From: Patescibacteria group bacterium
Lineage (GTDB): Bacteria > Patescibacteriota > Minisyncoccia > 2-02-FULL-40-12 > GWA2-44-9
DNA length: 64,000 nt
NCBI GenBank assembly: GCA_038064515.1
Contig: JBBTSY010000004.1
Coordinates: 32,585-96,584, forward strand
Direction: 5' to 3'
Part shown: positions 1 through 9,213 of the stretch, piece by piece
Layout: each line of letters begins with the position of its first letter
Position numbering within the stretch: position 1 is the stretch's first letter
Position numbers and translations under genes: made by a program
The notes under the pieces: generated by a model
The model's input: only the letters and a program-made list of their open reading frames with translations
Told to the model about the DNA's origin: nothing
Database searches by the model: none

Positions 1-359
1 CATTGGGGTTCATGGCACTCCGGCCAGCCCGGTAAGCGGCGCCCCACGCCCAGAATTACTTCAGCGTCGCGCAAACGGGCCTGTTGCATTTGATAATCAA
101 GCGCGCCGAAATCGTACCGATCTTTGGTTGGTTCGATCATCGGCCAGTGCGCGGAAAAGCGAAAGCGACGCGCCTTCAAGTCATCCAACAATGCTAAGAG
201 GACCGATTTGTAATCAAGCTTCAGCTCATCCGCATGGAACTTACTGAATGACACTCCATAGATAAAATCCGATGGGACTGGCTGATCGGCGAGTAAAATA
301 CCAATGAACACAATAGCCGCGCCGCACACTACCGCAATATATAGAATCCGTTTTATCAT
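1..359 (-). CDS. Partial (runs off window) membrane-anchored clan GH-A glycoside hydrolase-like protein (beta-galactosidase/GH42-like)
   Basis: Manual translation MIKRILYIAVVCGAAIVFIG...YGVSFSKFHADEL...RFSAHWPMIEP...YDFGALDYQMQQA...GRRLPGWPECHEP; ATG overlaps the upstream TGA (ATGA). Confidence 0.65.
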   Translation of the reverse strand, partial: MIKRILYIAVVCGAAIVFIGILLADQPVPSDFIYGVSFSKFHADELKLDYKSVLLALLDDLKARRFRFSAHWPMIEPTKDRYDFGALDYQMQQARLRDAEVILGVGRRLPGWPECHEPQ

Positions 360-1237
360 ATAAAAAGAATCAAGAACCCGGTAAGAATGAAAAACACCGC
401 CACGATCTTTACGGCGAATGCCTTCGTGCTCATTTCCTCGGGGAAATACTGCGGAAACCGCGCACTCGCAAACGCCGCGAACAACAATAAGAACATAAAC
501 TGCAAGCCTGCAAGCGCACTTACGAGCGACACATTGCCTAATTTGATCGCCAGGAGCGTGAGGAAGAAGGCCGTTCCCGCCAGTAACTTATTTGCAAGCA
601 ACACGAGTGGCAGATGCGACTTCGACTGGCGCACGTCAGCAAGAATGGACCGCCGGACTGATCCGGGAATGAGGAAAAGCAACGCCACGGTTACGTTCGC
701 CATGCGCGACCAAAAAAAGCCGTTTAGAAACGATGTTTCAAAAAAAATAGTTTTAAGGAGCACCGAAGAGAGCCCAAACGCGATGCCCGCCACCAGTGCG
801 TATGTCAGCGCCGCGCGCGACAGGCGAAAGTGCGACACCAGGAACGTACCGAGCACCAGCAACGCAAATCCAAAGACAAATCCATCGGGTAGTCGGTCGC
901 GAAGCACGAGCCAGCTGAATGCGAGCGTCGCAATCGCCGCGATGCCGCCCATCACCGGCGCAACATCGGAAGCATCAGCAATAGCCAGCGCCCGGTACAG
1001 CATGACGAGTGACAAAGTAAATGAAGTTGCCGCCCCAAGCGATATCACCAACACGATGAACGACGGGACACTTACCACGCCAAATGGCAGTAACACGATC
1101 ACCGCTCCGGATAAAACGCTGACAATAAACGCGTACACAGCCGGTTGCGAAACTTGCCGGATAAGATACTTGTCTAAAAGCACTACAACGGCGCTGATAA
1201 ACTGCGCAATGACAACTAAAAAAATCCAAGTCTGCAT
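356..1237 (-). CDS. EamA/DMT family transporter
   Basis: 293 aa, about 10 TM helices in two repeated halves. Confidence 0.8.
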   Translation of the reverse strand: MQTWIFLVVIAQFISAVVVLLDKYLIRQVSQPAVYAFIVSVLSGAVIVLLPFGVVSVPSFIVLVISLGAATSFTLSLVMLYRALAIADASDVAPVMGGIAAIATLAFSWLVLRDRLPDGFVFGFALLVLGTFLVSHFRLSRAALTYALVAGIAFGLSSVLLKTIFFETSFLNGFFWSRMANVTVALLFLIPGSVRRSILADVRQSKSHLPLVLLANKLLAGTAFFLTLLAIKLGNVSLVSALAGLQFMFLLLFAAFASARFPQYFPEEMSTKAFAVKIVAVFFILTGFLILFI

Positions 1238-1238
1238 A

Positions 1239-2366
1239 CTATTTTAGTATACCACTACTTTGGATGAGCTTTTGGTATTCCAGCGCCGATGGGCGCACGG
1301 TGCGTTCGAGCGTAGCGTAGTTGATCGCTACCAACCCAAATCGAGGTTTAAATCCGTAGGCCCACTCGAAGTTATCAAGCAGTGACCAATAAAAGTAGCC
1401 CCTCACTTCCAGACCGTCGCGCTGGGCGCGGTCAACCTGTTTGATATGGTCAGTAATAAACTGTGCTCGTTGCGTATCGGCAGTATCAGCAATGCCGTTT
1501 TCTAAGATATAGACGGGCTTGCGGTACCGCTTTAGCTCCATGAGTACATAATACAGTCCTTCGGGGTAGATTTCCCAGCCCATGTCTGATTTGGGAAGTT
1601 GCTGACGAAAACAAAATTGGTGATGAAAGTAATAGTTCAACCCGATGAAATCTTGATACCTAGAAATGCTCCGAAGGAACCGGTGATTCCAAAACCAGCG
1701 CATAAACAATGCCAACGGATGCCAGCCTGGCGTAAAGTGAATGTTATTTTTAGCAATACCGATCTGCACTCTCGGAACGATTGTCTTCATCCGTTCATAC
1801 GCGAGTTTATGCGCTTGAACTAGAGCTTTTGTGACTCGCTCAAATTTCAACAGGTTTTTCTGAAATGGCGGCCATGAACCAACTCGATAGCCAATCGATG
1901 CGTAGACCATCGGTTCGTTGATCGTGATCCAGTAGGTGGCTTTATCGCCCAAGTGCTTTAGTACGTACTCACAATATCGGGCAAACTTCTCGGCCGCTTG
2001 GGGATGTTCAAACCCGCCTTGTTGAGAAAACCACAACGGCAGAGTGAAATGCCAGAGCGTTACGAATGGCTCTAGGCCGTGCGTGTGGAGCGAATCAAGA
2101 ACCGCCGCGTAGTGGCTGACGGCAGATTCATCGAATACTCCTTCTTCCGGCTCAATGCGCGACCACTCGATGGAAAAACGGTGCGCGTTATGTCCTAACT
2201 GCCGAGCAAGCGAAAAGTCTTCTTGAAAGCGATTGTAGTGGTCGGTGGCGCGGCCAGCCAATGGCACTTTCCCCTGCCGCGCGGCTTCAGCCCAGTCGTT
2301 ATTCTCGATACCGCCCTCAACCTGATACGACGCAGTTGCGGCCCCCCAATAGAATTGCGGATCCAT
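1239..2366 (-). CDS. Glycoside hydrolase family 1 (beta-glucosidase)
   Basis: FYWGAATASYQVEG, RFSIEWSRIEP, TINEP and ILENG catalytic motifs, WSLLDNFEW. Confidence 0.95.
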   Translation of the reverse strand: MDPQFYWGAATASYQVEGGIENNDWAEAARQGKVPLAGRATDHYNRFQEDFSLARQLGHNAHRFSIEWSRIEPEEGVFDESAVSHYAAVLDSLHTHGLEPFVTLWHFTLPLWFSQQGGFEHPQAAEKFARYCEYVLKHLGDKATYWITINEPMVYASIGYRVGSWPPFQKNLLKFERVTKALVQAHKLAYERMKTIVPRVQIGIAKNNIHFTPGWHPLALFMRWFWNHRFLRSISRYQDFIGLNYYFHHQFCFRQQLPKSDMGWEIYPEGLYYVLMELKRYRKPVYILENGIADTADTQRAQFITDHIKQVDRAQRDGLEVRGYFYWSLLDNFEWAYGFKPRFGLVAINYATLERTVRPSALEYQKLIQSSGILK

Positions 2367-2388
2367 GTACCTAGTATATCAAAAAAAG

Positions 2389-2417
2389 AAAAAACGGCAT
2401 CAGCAATGCCGTTTTTT
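2389..2417. terminator. Intrinsic terminator-like hairpin
   Basis: aaaaaacggcat-cagca-atgccgtttttt downstream of the DUF378 gene. Confidence 0.6.
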
Positions 2418-2431
2418 CAGCAAAAAGCGAC

Positions 2432-2632
2432 CTACATCTGCGACTTTGCCTTACTGCCCGTGGCGAGCATGTAGACAGCGCTCAAACCTACTAAGATGTA
2501 GACCACTCGGGCAATGGTTGAGCCACTACCGAAAATCGAGTCCACAAGGTTGTAGTCGAAGAAGCCGATGAGGCCCCAATTCAAACCGCCGACCACAACG
2601 AGAATCCAGGCCAGTATGCCTAAATTTTTCAT
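2432..2632 (-). CDS. DUF378 family small membrane protein
   Basis: LVVVGGLNWGLIGFFDYNLVDSIFG...RVVYILVGLSA. Confidence 0.9.
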   Translation of the reverse strand: MKNLGILAWILVVVGGLNWGLIGFFDYNLVDSIFGSGSTIARVVYILVGLSAVYMLATGSKAKSQM

Positions 2633-2827
2633 AGAATATGGCGAGTACTTATTTTAGTACCATCGACCTTTCCTCCTAATTGTATAAAACCTACAAAAAC
2701 AGTGCAAGAGGAGCGAAGGCGACGAGGTACTGCGGCCACCAGGCCGAATGTGCAAACGAGAAATGCACAGGCTTGTCGGCCGGCCCGCTTCACCAGAGCT
2801 TCAGTAAGGCGAGTAGTCAGGTATGGC

Positions 2828-3334
2828 TTAGCGCACGAGCGGAACCCAGTTGCCGATTGCAACACCCATAGCGATGGCCATGCCGCCAATTATGAGCATC
2901 CGCATGCCGCGTGAGAACCAGTGAATCCCGAAATTTCTGGCGCTAAATGCTCCGAGAAGGAAAAGGCTTACCAGAGAAATTACTACTGAAATACCTAACG
3001 GATTTGAGAAAAAAACGTAAGGGGCCAACGGAATTAAACCGGCCAGAATATACGACGCGAACATAATAAACCCGCCAACAATGGCATAATGCAGTGGGAT
3101 TTTCGAATTTCCCGTATATTCCTCCACCGAACGCTCCGAAAGGAAACTTCCGGCCGCCATCGAGAAACCTTCTACGGTGAGCAATACAATGCCGGTAACG
3201 AGAATCGCCGAGCGTTCAACGCCGGAGATGGCGATTCCCGAAAGAAGGCCGACCGTAGAAACCAGGCTGTCTTCCACGCCGAAAATAAGACTGCGAAGAT
3301 ATACCGCGATGCGTTCTCGTGATTGTGCTGGCAT
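2828..3334 (-). CDS. VIT1/CCC1 family metal transporter
   Basis: IFGVEDSLVSTVG, FSMAAGSFLSERS, GLIPLAPY. Confidence 0.9.
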   Translation of the reverse strand: MPAQSRERIAVYLRSLIFGVEDSLVSTVGLLSGIAISGVERSAILVTGIVLLTVEGFSMAAGSFLSERSVEEYTGNSKIPLHYAIVGGFIMFASYILAGLIPLAPYVFFSNPLGISVVISLVSLFLLGAFSARNFGIHWFSRGMRMLIIGGMAIAMGVAIGNWVPLVR

Positions 3335-3405
3335 GCAATAATTCTATCTTAATTCATTGAAAAAACAATGTTTTTATTGTAAACTAATTCAGTTTCGGAG
3401 ATTAT

Positions 3406-3479
3406 TGCGGGATCGTCTAATGGTAGGACATCGCCCTTTGAAGGCGAGTATCTTGGTCCGAATCCAAGTCCCGCAGCCA
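3406..3479 (+). tRNA. tRNA-Gln(TTG), CCA encoded
   Basis: Acceptor TGCGGGA/TCCCGCA, anticodon stem TCGCC/GGCGA with loop CTTTGAA, T-arm CTTGG-TCCGAAT-CCAAG. Confidence 0.95.
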
Positions 3480-3551
3480 AGGTAGGAAGTATCGAGGTGA
3501 CCAAGGTGCCTCGGTTGGCTGCTACCCGCAGCTCTGCCGACAAATTATAAA

Positions 3552-4154
3552 ATGAGGTATCAATTTTTATCTGTAGATCTACAAAATGACTTTGCTTCTG
3601 AAGGTGGCAGTCATTATAAAATCCGACCTTCTATAAACTTCGATAAAGAAGTTCTGTTTCCGTTTCTAAAAGAAAAGGATATTAAAGTCAGCGAGATAAT
3701 TTCCGATTATCGACAACCAAGACCAGGAGATAGGGATGAGAGTTGTGTGCCTGGCACTTGGGGTTATGAATCCATCGTCCCAAAAGAGGTTGTAAAGTCT
3801 CAATGGGTAAAATGCATGAACTCACCGATTTGGACTAGAGACAATATAGGCGATCCAAACAAAATTGCTGGCTTGCCTTACCAAGATACAAAAGGATTTG
3901 GAGAATGGCTGGAAGAGAATATTGGTAAACCAGAAGAAGTAACACCTGTATTATTCGGTCTTACTATTGATTGTTGCGTACTAAGCACCCTTCAGGAGCT
4001 TAGCTGGCGGGGTTATTATCCCTTGGTCTTGAAAGAAGCCGTGGATCATTATCGAGGTACCGAAGAAGCCAAAGAAGCTGTCTTAAAAACACCTATCAAT
4101 AACTGGGCGGATGCAATCACTTGGGACGAACTGAAAGATAAATTGAATGGATAA
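3552..4154 (+). CDS. Isochorismatase-like cysteine hydrolase (copy 1)
   Basis: VDLQNDF, conserved K, GLTIDCCV (Asp-Lys-Cys triad). Confidence 0.85.
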   Translation: MRYQFLSVDLQNDFASEGGSHYKIRPSINFDKEVLFPFLKEKDIKVSEIISDYRQPRPGDRDESCVPGTWGYESIVPKEVVKSQWVKCMNSPIWTRDNIGDPNKIAGLPYQDTKGFGEWLEENIGKPEEVTPVLFGLTIDCCVLSTLQELSWRGYYPLVLKEAVDHYRGTEEAKEAVLKTPINNWADAITWDELKDKLNG

Positions 4155-4884
4155 ACTAAATACAAATAGAGAGGCATGGAATAAAGTAGCTGATCACTTC
4201 TTTTCCCACTCGGCCTTGCCTGTATGGGGGCCTTTTGGAATTGGCAAGAACCAAGATATTATCGGGGCAATTAAAGGTAAAACATTCTTAGAAGTCGGGT
4301 TTGGTAGTGGTCATTCAATTCAGTATTTAGTTAAAAATGGTGCGAAGAAAGTCTGGGGTATAGACATATCAAAAACACAGTTTAACTTTGCCACCAAGCT
4401 TAATAAGAAAGCCATAGAAAATGGAAAGGTTGAATTATTTGAAGTAAACATGGAGAAAAAGTTGAAGTTACCCTTAGTCGATACGGTGTTTTCTATTTAT
4501 GCTTTTGGGTGGACAGTTGATCCAAAGAAATCATTAGTAAACGTATATTCATATCTTAAACCTGGTGGCAAATTTATCTGGAGCTGGGACCATATCTTTT
4601 TTACTGATGTTGAGGATCAGAAAGATAAGTTAGTAGTTCGCTACTCATATCACGATGAACATGAAATTTTTTTGAAGAAGTGGAAAGGTGGAGTGCCAGT
4701 TTATCTAAGGTATCGAAAAACATCGACATGGTTTAAATTAATTAAAGACGCTGGTTTTAATATCGTCGGCTATTTAGAGCCTGCACCAATCATAAAAAAG
4801 GATTTAAGCAGGTCGTATTATACTATTCATAAGGCTAAGCGCGTGCCGTGTTCCATGATTTGGGTGTGCGAGAAACCAAGATAA
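4147..4884 (+). CDS. Class I SAM-dependent methyltransferase
   Basis: LEVGFGSG motif I, GIDIS, LKPGGKF. Confidence 0.9.
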   Translation: MDKLNTNREAWNKVADHFFSHSALPVWGPFGIGKNQDIIGAIKGKTFLEVGFGSGHSIQYLVKNGAKKVWGIDISKTQFNFATKLNKKAIENGKVELFEVNMEKKLKLPLVDTVFSIYAFGWTVDPKKSLVNVYSYLKPGGKFIWSWDHIFFTDVEDQKDKLVVRYSYHDEHEIFLKKWKGGVPVYLRYRKTSTWFKLIKDAGFNIVGYLEPAPIIKKDLSRSYYTIHKAKRVPCSMIWVCEKPR

Positions 4885-5292
4885 AATAATGCCGGAAAAT
4901 TCAACGATAAGATTAAAAATAGTTGGTACCGGGACAAGACCAGGTAGGGGCAGTGCTTTCCCAATTGGGGGAAATCAAATTCTAACCTGTGCCACTTGGG
5001 AGAGTTGAACAATTATCTCATAACCTTCAGAGGAATTTTAAGTAAAACGTCGCAGTCACAAGCTATATGAGACGCTCGGCACCCTTTTTATACTGTTCCA
5101 TTTGTCTCGTTTACCCCGACCGAGGAGTGTCGTAGAATGGAGCCAGCGACCCTCCGAAAGTCCTTGTAACATTCACTCGGGTGGTCACTAGACCCCAGTG
5201 TTCAGCTAATTTGCTCGCCCGCCCTAGCTTTAGTGAAGGAGGGAGCATAGTTCAAGCGACCGAGGGGTATCCGCCCGAACGTGGAAGAATTC

Positions 5293-5880
5293 ATGGAAAC
5301 AACGCCTCAAATTATAGAGACCGCACGAGATCACCACATTCCTGGTATTGTTGCCATTGCGGAGAAGCTCAAAATGAACCCTCAGGAATCGGAGCCCGAG
5401 AAACTGAAGAAAGGGTTTTTGGTCTACACACTTGATGCACGCGGCTATTCGCGTCGATTGAACGAATTCTTTGTTGTTGAAACCAGTGGAGAGCGTGTGG
5501 GCGGTTTTCTCATGTGTTACGACCGCAACTTTATTCAGAGCCTTATTGAGGAAGGGCAAGAAGAGCACGAGCGAGGTATCCTCAACTTTATTCAGTCTGT
5601 AGAGCCCGTGGAAAACTTTGTGTATGGCGGAGAGATTGGTGTTGACCCCAAGGCCCGACAGCAAGGAATTGGCAGAAAAATGCTGGAACGAGTATTTGCC
5701 CTCATGCGCGACAAAGGCATTAGACGCATGTACGCGGCAATTCTGCATGGCCCTGTTCAAAATTTGACATCTATCGCATTCGCCACGGCGACTGGCGCAG
5801 AGAACATAGGCGAGGCGAGAAATGACGATGGATTGCTTTGGGGGCTATACAGATGGTCAGTATCAGAAGACGGGAAATAG
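5293..5880 (+). CDS. GNAT family N-acetyltransferase
   Basis: IGVDPKARQQGIGRKML acetyl-CoA motif A; alternative GTG start at 5281. Confidence 0.85.
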   Translation: METTPQIIETARDHHIPGIVAIAEKLKMNPQESEPEKLKKGFLVYTLDARGYSRRLNEFFVVETSGERVGGFLMCYDRNFIQSLIEEGQEEHERGILNFIQSVEPVENFVYGGEIGVDPKARQQGIGRKMLERVFALMRDKGIRRMYAAILHGPVQNLTSIAFATATGAENIGEARNDDGLLWGLYRWSVSEDGK

Positions 5881-5917
5881 CCCCGACCGAGATATGTCGA
5901 TTTGATAGAATAAAAAT

Positions 5918-6595
5918 ATGAAAATAGTCGTTATAACCGGAGCTAGTCGGGGAATCGGATTGGCCACCGCCAAGAAGTTTTTAGCTGAAGAGTGGCGAGT
6001 TATCGGCACATATTGGCATACGCCAGTTTCACTCAATGCGCCGAATTTTGTTGCAGTGAAAATGAATCAGGGCAACTTCGAAAGCATTGCCCAGGCTGTG
6101 GATGCGATCAAAGCACACACGCAGAGCATTGATGTGTTAGTGAACAACGCAGGAATCAACCCCGATGGTCGTGATGAGGGAGTAAATTTGAAAAAAATCC
6201 GTGAGACATTTGATGTGAATCTTTTCGGCCTCATTGATATAACGGAGCGCCTTCTTCCGGCTATGACCGCAGGAAGTCACGTCGTGAACATTGATTCTAA
6301 CTACGGGGCGTTCTCTTTTCCTATTGATGACAATACCGCAGTGGGCTACCGTCTCTCTAAGACTGCCCTGAATATGTATACGCGAACGTTGGCATTTCGT
6401 CTCCAAGAGAAAGGCATCGTCGTATCCTCACTTGATCCCGGTTGGGTGAAGACGGATATGGGCATGAGTGTGTCTAGCACGACAGAACAACCCGACCGTG
6501 AGCCGGAACAGCCAGCCCAAGAAATTTATACTCTCGTAACAACCATCACCGAATCGGGATGCTTCTGGAAATTCGGTAAAAAACGCGAATGGTAA
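5918..6595 (+). CDS. SDR family oxidoreductase
   Basis: TGASRGIG, NNAG, YRLSK, PGWVKTDM. Confidence 0.95.
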   Translation: MKIVVITGASRGIGLATAKKFLAEEWRVIGTYWHTPVSLNAPNFVAVKMNQGNFESIAQAVDAIKAHTQSIDVLVNNAGINPDGRDEGVNLKKIRETFDVNLFGLIDITERLLPAMTAGSHVVNIDSNYGAFSFPIDDNTAVGYRLSKTALNMYTRTLAFRLQEKGIVVSSLDPGWVKTDMGMSVSSTTEQPDREPEQPAQEIYTLVTTITESGCFWKFGKKREW

Positions 6596-6622
6596 TAGTG
6601 GGCAAGACGAAACAATAATTGT

Positions 6623-7225
6623 ATGAACTACCAATTTCTTTCAGTAGACCTACAAAATGATTTTGCTACTGAAGATGGTAAGCATTATAAAGTCCGACCC
6701 TCAATAAACTTTGATAAAGAAGTTCTTTTTCCGTTCCTCAAAGAAAAAAATATTAAGATTGGCGAGATAATTTCTGATTATCGCCAGCCTAGACCAGGAG
6801 ATAAAGATGAAAGTTGTGTCCCCGGAACATGGGGTTATGAATCAATCGTTCCGGAAGAGATTGTTAAATCTCAATGGATCAAATGCATGAATTCGCCGAT
6901 TTGGGTACGAGAAAATATCGGTGACCCAAATAAAACGGCAGGGTTGCCATATCAAGATACTAAAGCATTTGGGGAATGGCTGGATAAGAATTTAGGCAAA
7001 CCCGAAGAAATTACCCCAGTCCTTTTCGGCCTCACCATTGATTGCTGTGTGTTAAGCACACTCCAGGAGCTTAATTGGCGAGGATACTACCCGCTTGTAC
7101 TCAAAGAAGCAGTCGACCATTATCAGGGCACGGAAGAAGATAAGGAAGCAGTTTTGAAGACACCCGTTAATAATTGGGCGGAGGTAGTTGTTTGGGAAAA
7201 ATTGAAAAGTAAAATAAGGCAATAG
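6623..7225 (+). CDS. Isochorismatase-like cysteine hydrolase (copy 2)
   Basis: Same motifs; about 83% aa identity to 3552-4154 by manual count. Confidence 0.85.
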   Translation: MNYQFLSVDLQNDFATEDGKHYKVRPSINFDKEVLFPFLKEKNIKIGEIISDYRQPRPGDKDESCVPGTWGYESIVPEEIVKSQWIKCMNSPIWVRENIGDPNKTAGLPYQDTKAFGEWLDKNLGKPEEITPVLFGLTIDCCVLSTLQELNWRGYYPLVLKEAVDHYQGTEEDKEAVLKTPVNNWAEVVVWEKLKSKIRQ

Positions 7226-7279
7226 TTGTGCTCTTACTCCGTCGTACTATAATAAGGGTAGTACGTTAACCCTGTTCCT

Positions 7280-8101
7280 ATGATTATTGGAGGAATTCAA
7301 CTCATGAAGGCGATTTTGATGTATTTGGTGCCGGTGAGCATCATTTTTGTTGCGCCGCCCGTGTCATCGCCTAGCGCGTCGCCAACACCGACAAGCATTG
7401 TGTCACCGATTGAAGATGTGCGCTTGGCATACGTTCAGCGCCAGCTGATCAACTCTGGTTTTGAGGAGGAAAAAGTAAATCAAATCCTCACTGATAGTCG
7501 TCGTGAAATCCTTCCGGAAAAGAGCGTCGCCTACCGCGCACCTAACTGGACGCTGATCAAGCGGAAGATCTACGCGCCTGGTTTCGTCCTGCGGGGGAAA
7601 GACTTCATCGCCGCCAATCCGGAAGCCTTCGACAACATGCGGGAGAGTGGCGTGCCCAAGGAGATCGTCGCGGGCATCATCGCCATCGAAACGGAATTCG
7701 GCAAGAACACCGGCAATACGCCCACGTTTAATGCCATCTACTCGCGCCTGAACCACAAGAAGAGCACTGAAAACTGGCGCTTGGAAGCTGAACGGCTGGC
7801 CGCGCTTTCGAAGTACTGCCTGCGATCCAATCTCGACTGCTACAACATCAAAGGTTCCTACGCTGGCGCGATGGGCATTGTGCAATTCATGCCCGACTCG
7901 CTCATGGATTACGGCGTCGACGGGAACGGCGATGCCTTCGTTGATCTTCAGAATCCCGAAGATGCGGTTCCGAGCGCGGCAAACTTCCTGATAGCCCACG
8001 GTTGGAAACAAGACCAGTACAAAGCGCTCACGCGCTACTACGGCAATCCCGTCGGGTATCCCGAGATTGTTCTCCACTACGCTACGCTCCTGGCAAGGTA
8101 G
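7280..8101 (+). CDS. Lytic murein transglycosylase (MltB/SLT_2 family)
   Basis: IIAIETEFG, GSYAGAMGIVQFMP, DGNGDAFVDL, SAANFL. Confidence 0.9.
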   Translation: MIIGGIQLMKAILMYLVPVSIIFVAPPVSSPSASPTPTSIVSPIEDVRLAYVQRQLINSGFEEEKVNQILTDSRREILPEKSVAYRAPNWTLIKRKIYAPGFVLRGKDFIAANPEAFDNMRESGVPKEIVAGIIAIETEFGKNTGNTPTFNAIYSRLNHKKSTENWRLEAERLAALSKYCLRSNLDCYNIKGSYAGAMGIVQFMPDSLMDYGVDGNGDAFVDLQNPEDAVPSAANFLIAHGWKQDQYKALTRYYGNPVGYPEIVLHYATLLAR

Positions 8102-8102
8102 C

Positions 8103-8139
8103 AAGAGCATCGCCGTTCGCGATGCTCTTTCGTTTTTTT
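8103..8139 (+). terminator. Intrinsic terminator
   Basis: aagagcatcg-ccgttcg-cgatgctctt followed by a T tract. Confidence 0.6.
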
Positions 8140-8144
8140 GATTT

Positions 8145-8354
8145 TTATTGCACTTCAACCACTTTGCGGCGAGAGGTAGTGCCGGAGATAATTCGTACGT
8201 GATCGTGGGGAACACCGAAGTATTCGGCAATCTTTTCAACTACTTCATCATTCGCCCGTCCCTGCTCCGGCGTCGAACGCACACCGACGGTAATTTTGTC
8301 GCCGTCGACGGTGATAAAATCCTGTTTTATTTTAACATGCACAAAATACCGCAT
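8145..8354 (-). CDS. DUF167 (YggU-like) protein
   Basis: PEQGRANDEVV...AEYFGVP...IISGTTSRRK. Confidence 0.9.
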   Translation of the reverse strand: MRYFVHVKIKQDFITVDGDKITVGVRSTPEQGRANDEVVEKIAEYFGVPHDHVRIISGTTSRRKVVEVQ

Positions 8355-8392
8355 AGGTGTATGATAGGAACGTAGAGGTTAATCTCAAAACT

Positions 8393-8605
8393 ATGGATGA
8401 CAATCATCAATGTGAGTGTCGGAAGTATCGCCACCGTGGAGCGCAGGGTATGTCGTCGGGAGTGTACGGTTTGGCATTTATCGGTGCCGCAGTTTACTTT
8501 ATTCAGAACGCCGATTCACTCGGAAGCGGGATTATAGGCCTTCTAAAAGCGATTATTTGGCCAGCACTTGTCGTCTACAACCTGCTTGGTTTCCTCGGCC
8601 TGTAG
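8393..8605 (+). CDS. Small hypothetical membrane protein
   Basis: GVYGLAFIGAAVYFIQ...LLKAIIWPA hydrophobic helices. Confidence 0.75.
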   Translation: MDDNHQCECRKYRHRGAQGMSSGVYGLAFIGAAVYFIQNADSLGSGIIGLLKAIIWPALVVYNLLGFLGL

Positions 8606-8614
8606 AGCGTTTTA

Positions 8615-9199
8615 CTATTGCATGATTCTCTCGAGCTGTTCCAAAACAATCGGAAGTTCTTTAATGCCGTCGCCTCCGCCGAAGTGGCCTTTGCTGTGTT
8701 CAATTACTGTTTTTGCTTCAAGGCGTTCCTGAAAAAGCTTCTGATTTTCGATAGGAACGAACGGATCATCGTCTGAAAAAATAGCAAAAAATTCATCAGC
8801 GTGCGTGCGCACTTTTTCCCAATCAATGGGCGTTTCAACCCATGGTTTTGCAATTTCTACACTCTCCGGTCCTTCTTCGCGGATCGTCTCTTCATCCAAA
8901 GCTAACCACGGTGCTACGAATACGGCACCACCAACTTTCACTCCCGCAGATAAGGTCGCCAGATAGCGCAGTACCGCTTGGCTACCTACGCTATGCCCCA
9001 CAAAATAGGTATCCGCGTCCGGAGCACCGACTTGCTCGGCAAGAAAGGGAATCCAAATCTCAATCTTTGGGTTATCAGAATCCGGCATTGCAGGCACATG
9101 CACCTCAATCCCCTTTGCTTCCAGCTCTTTTTTAAGCCACGGAAACCAGCCTTCTTCAGGATACCCGCCCCAGCCGTGAATAATAAAAACACGTTTCAT
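8615..9199 (-). CDS. RBBP9/YdeN family alpha/beta serine hydrolase
   Basis: IIHGWGG, WFPWL, GHSVG, SDDDPFVP, GHF. Confidence 0.92.
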   Translation of the reverse strand: MKRVFIIHGWGGYPEEGWFPWLKKELEAKGIEVHVPAMPDSDNPKIEIWIPFLAEQVGAPDADTYFVGHSVGSQAVLRYLATLSAGVKVGGAVFVAPWLALDEETIREEGPESVEIAKPWVETPIDWEKVRTHADEFFAIFSDDDPFVPIENQKLFQERLEAKTVIEHSKGHFGGGDGIKELPIVLEQLERIMQ

Positions 9200-9213
9200 T
9201 CAGCTGAAGTAAA

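Noticed and set aside
387-1247. Long antisense ORFs (e.g. 387-1247, 7403-8239, 9728-10204, 22771-23430, 58112-58648)
   Set aside because: Shadows of well-supported genes on the opposite strand, with no motifs
3552-7225. Classical integron
   Set aside because: No IntI and no clear RYYYAAC...GTTRRRY attC structures between the genes
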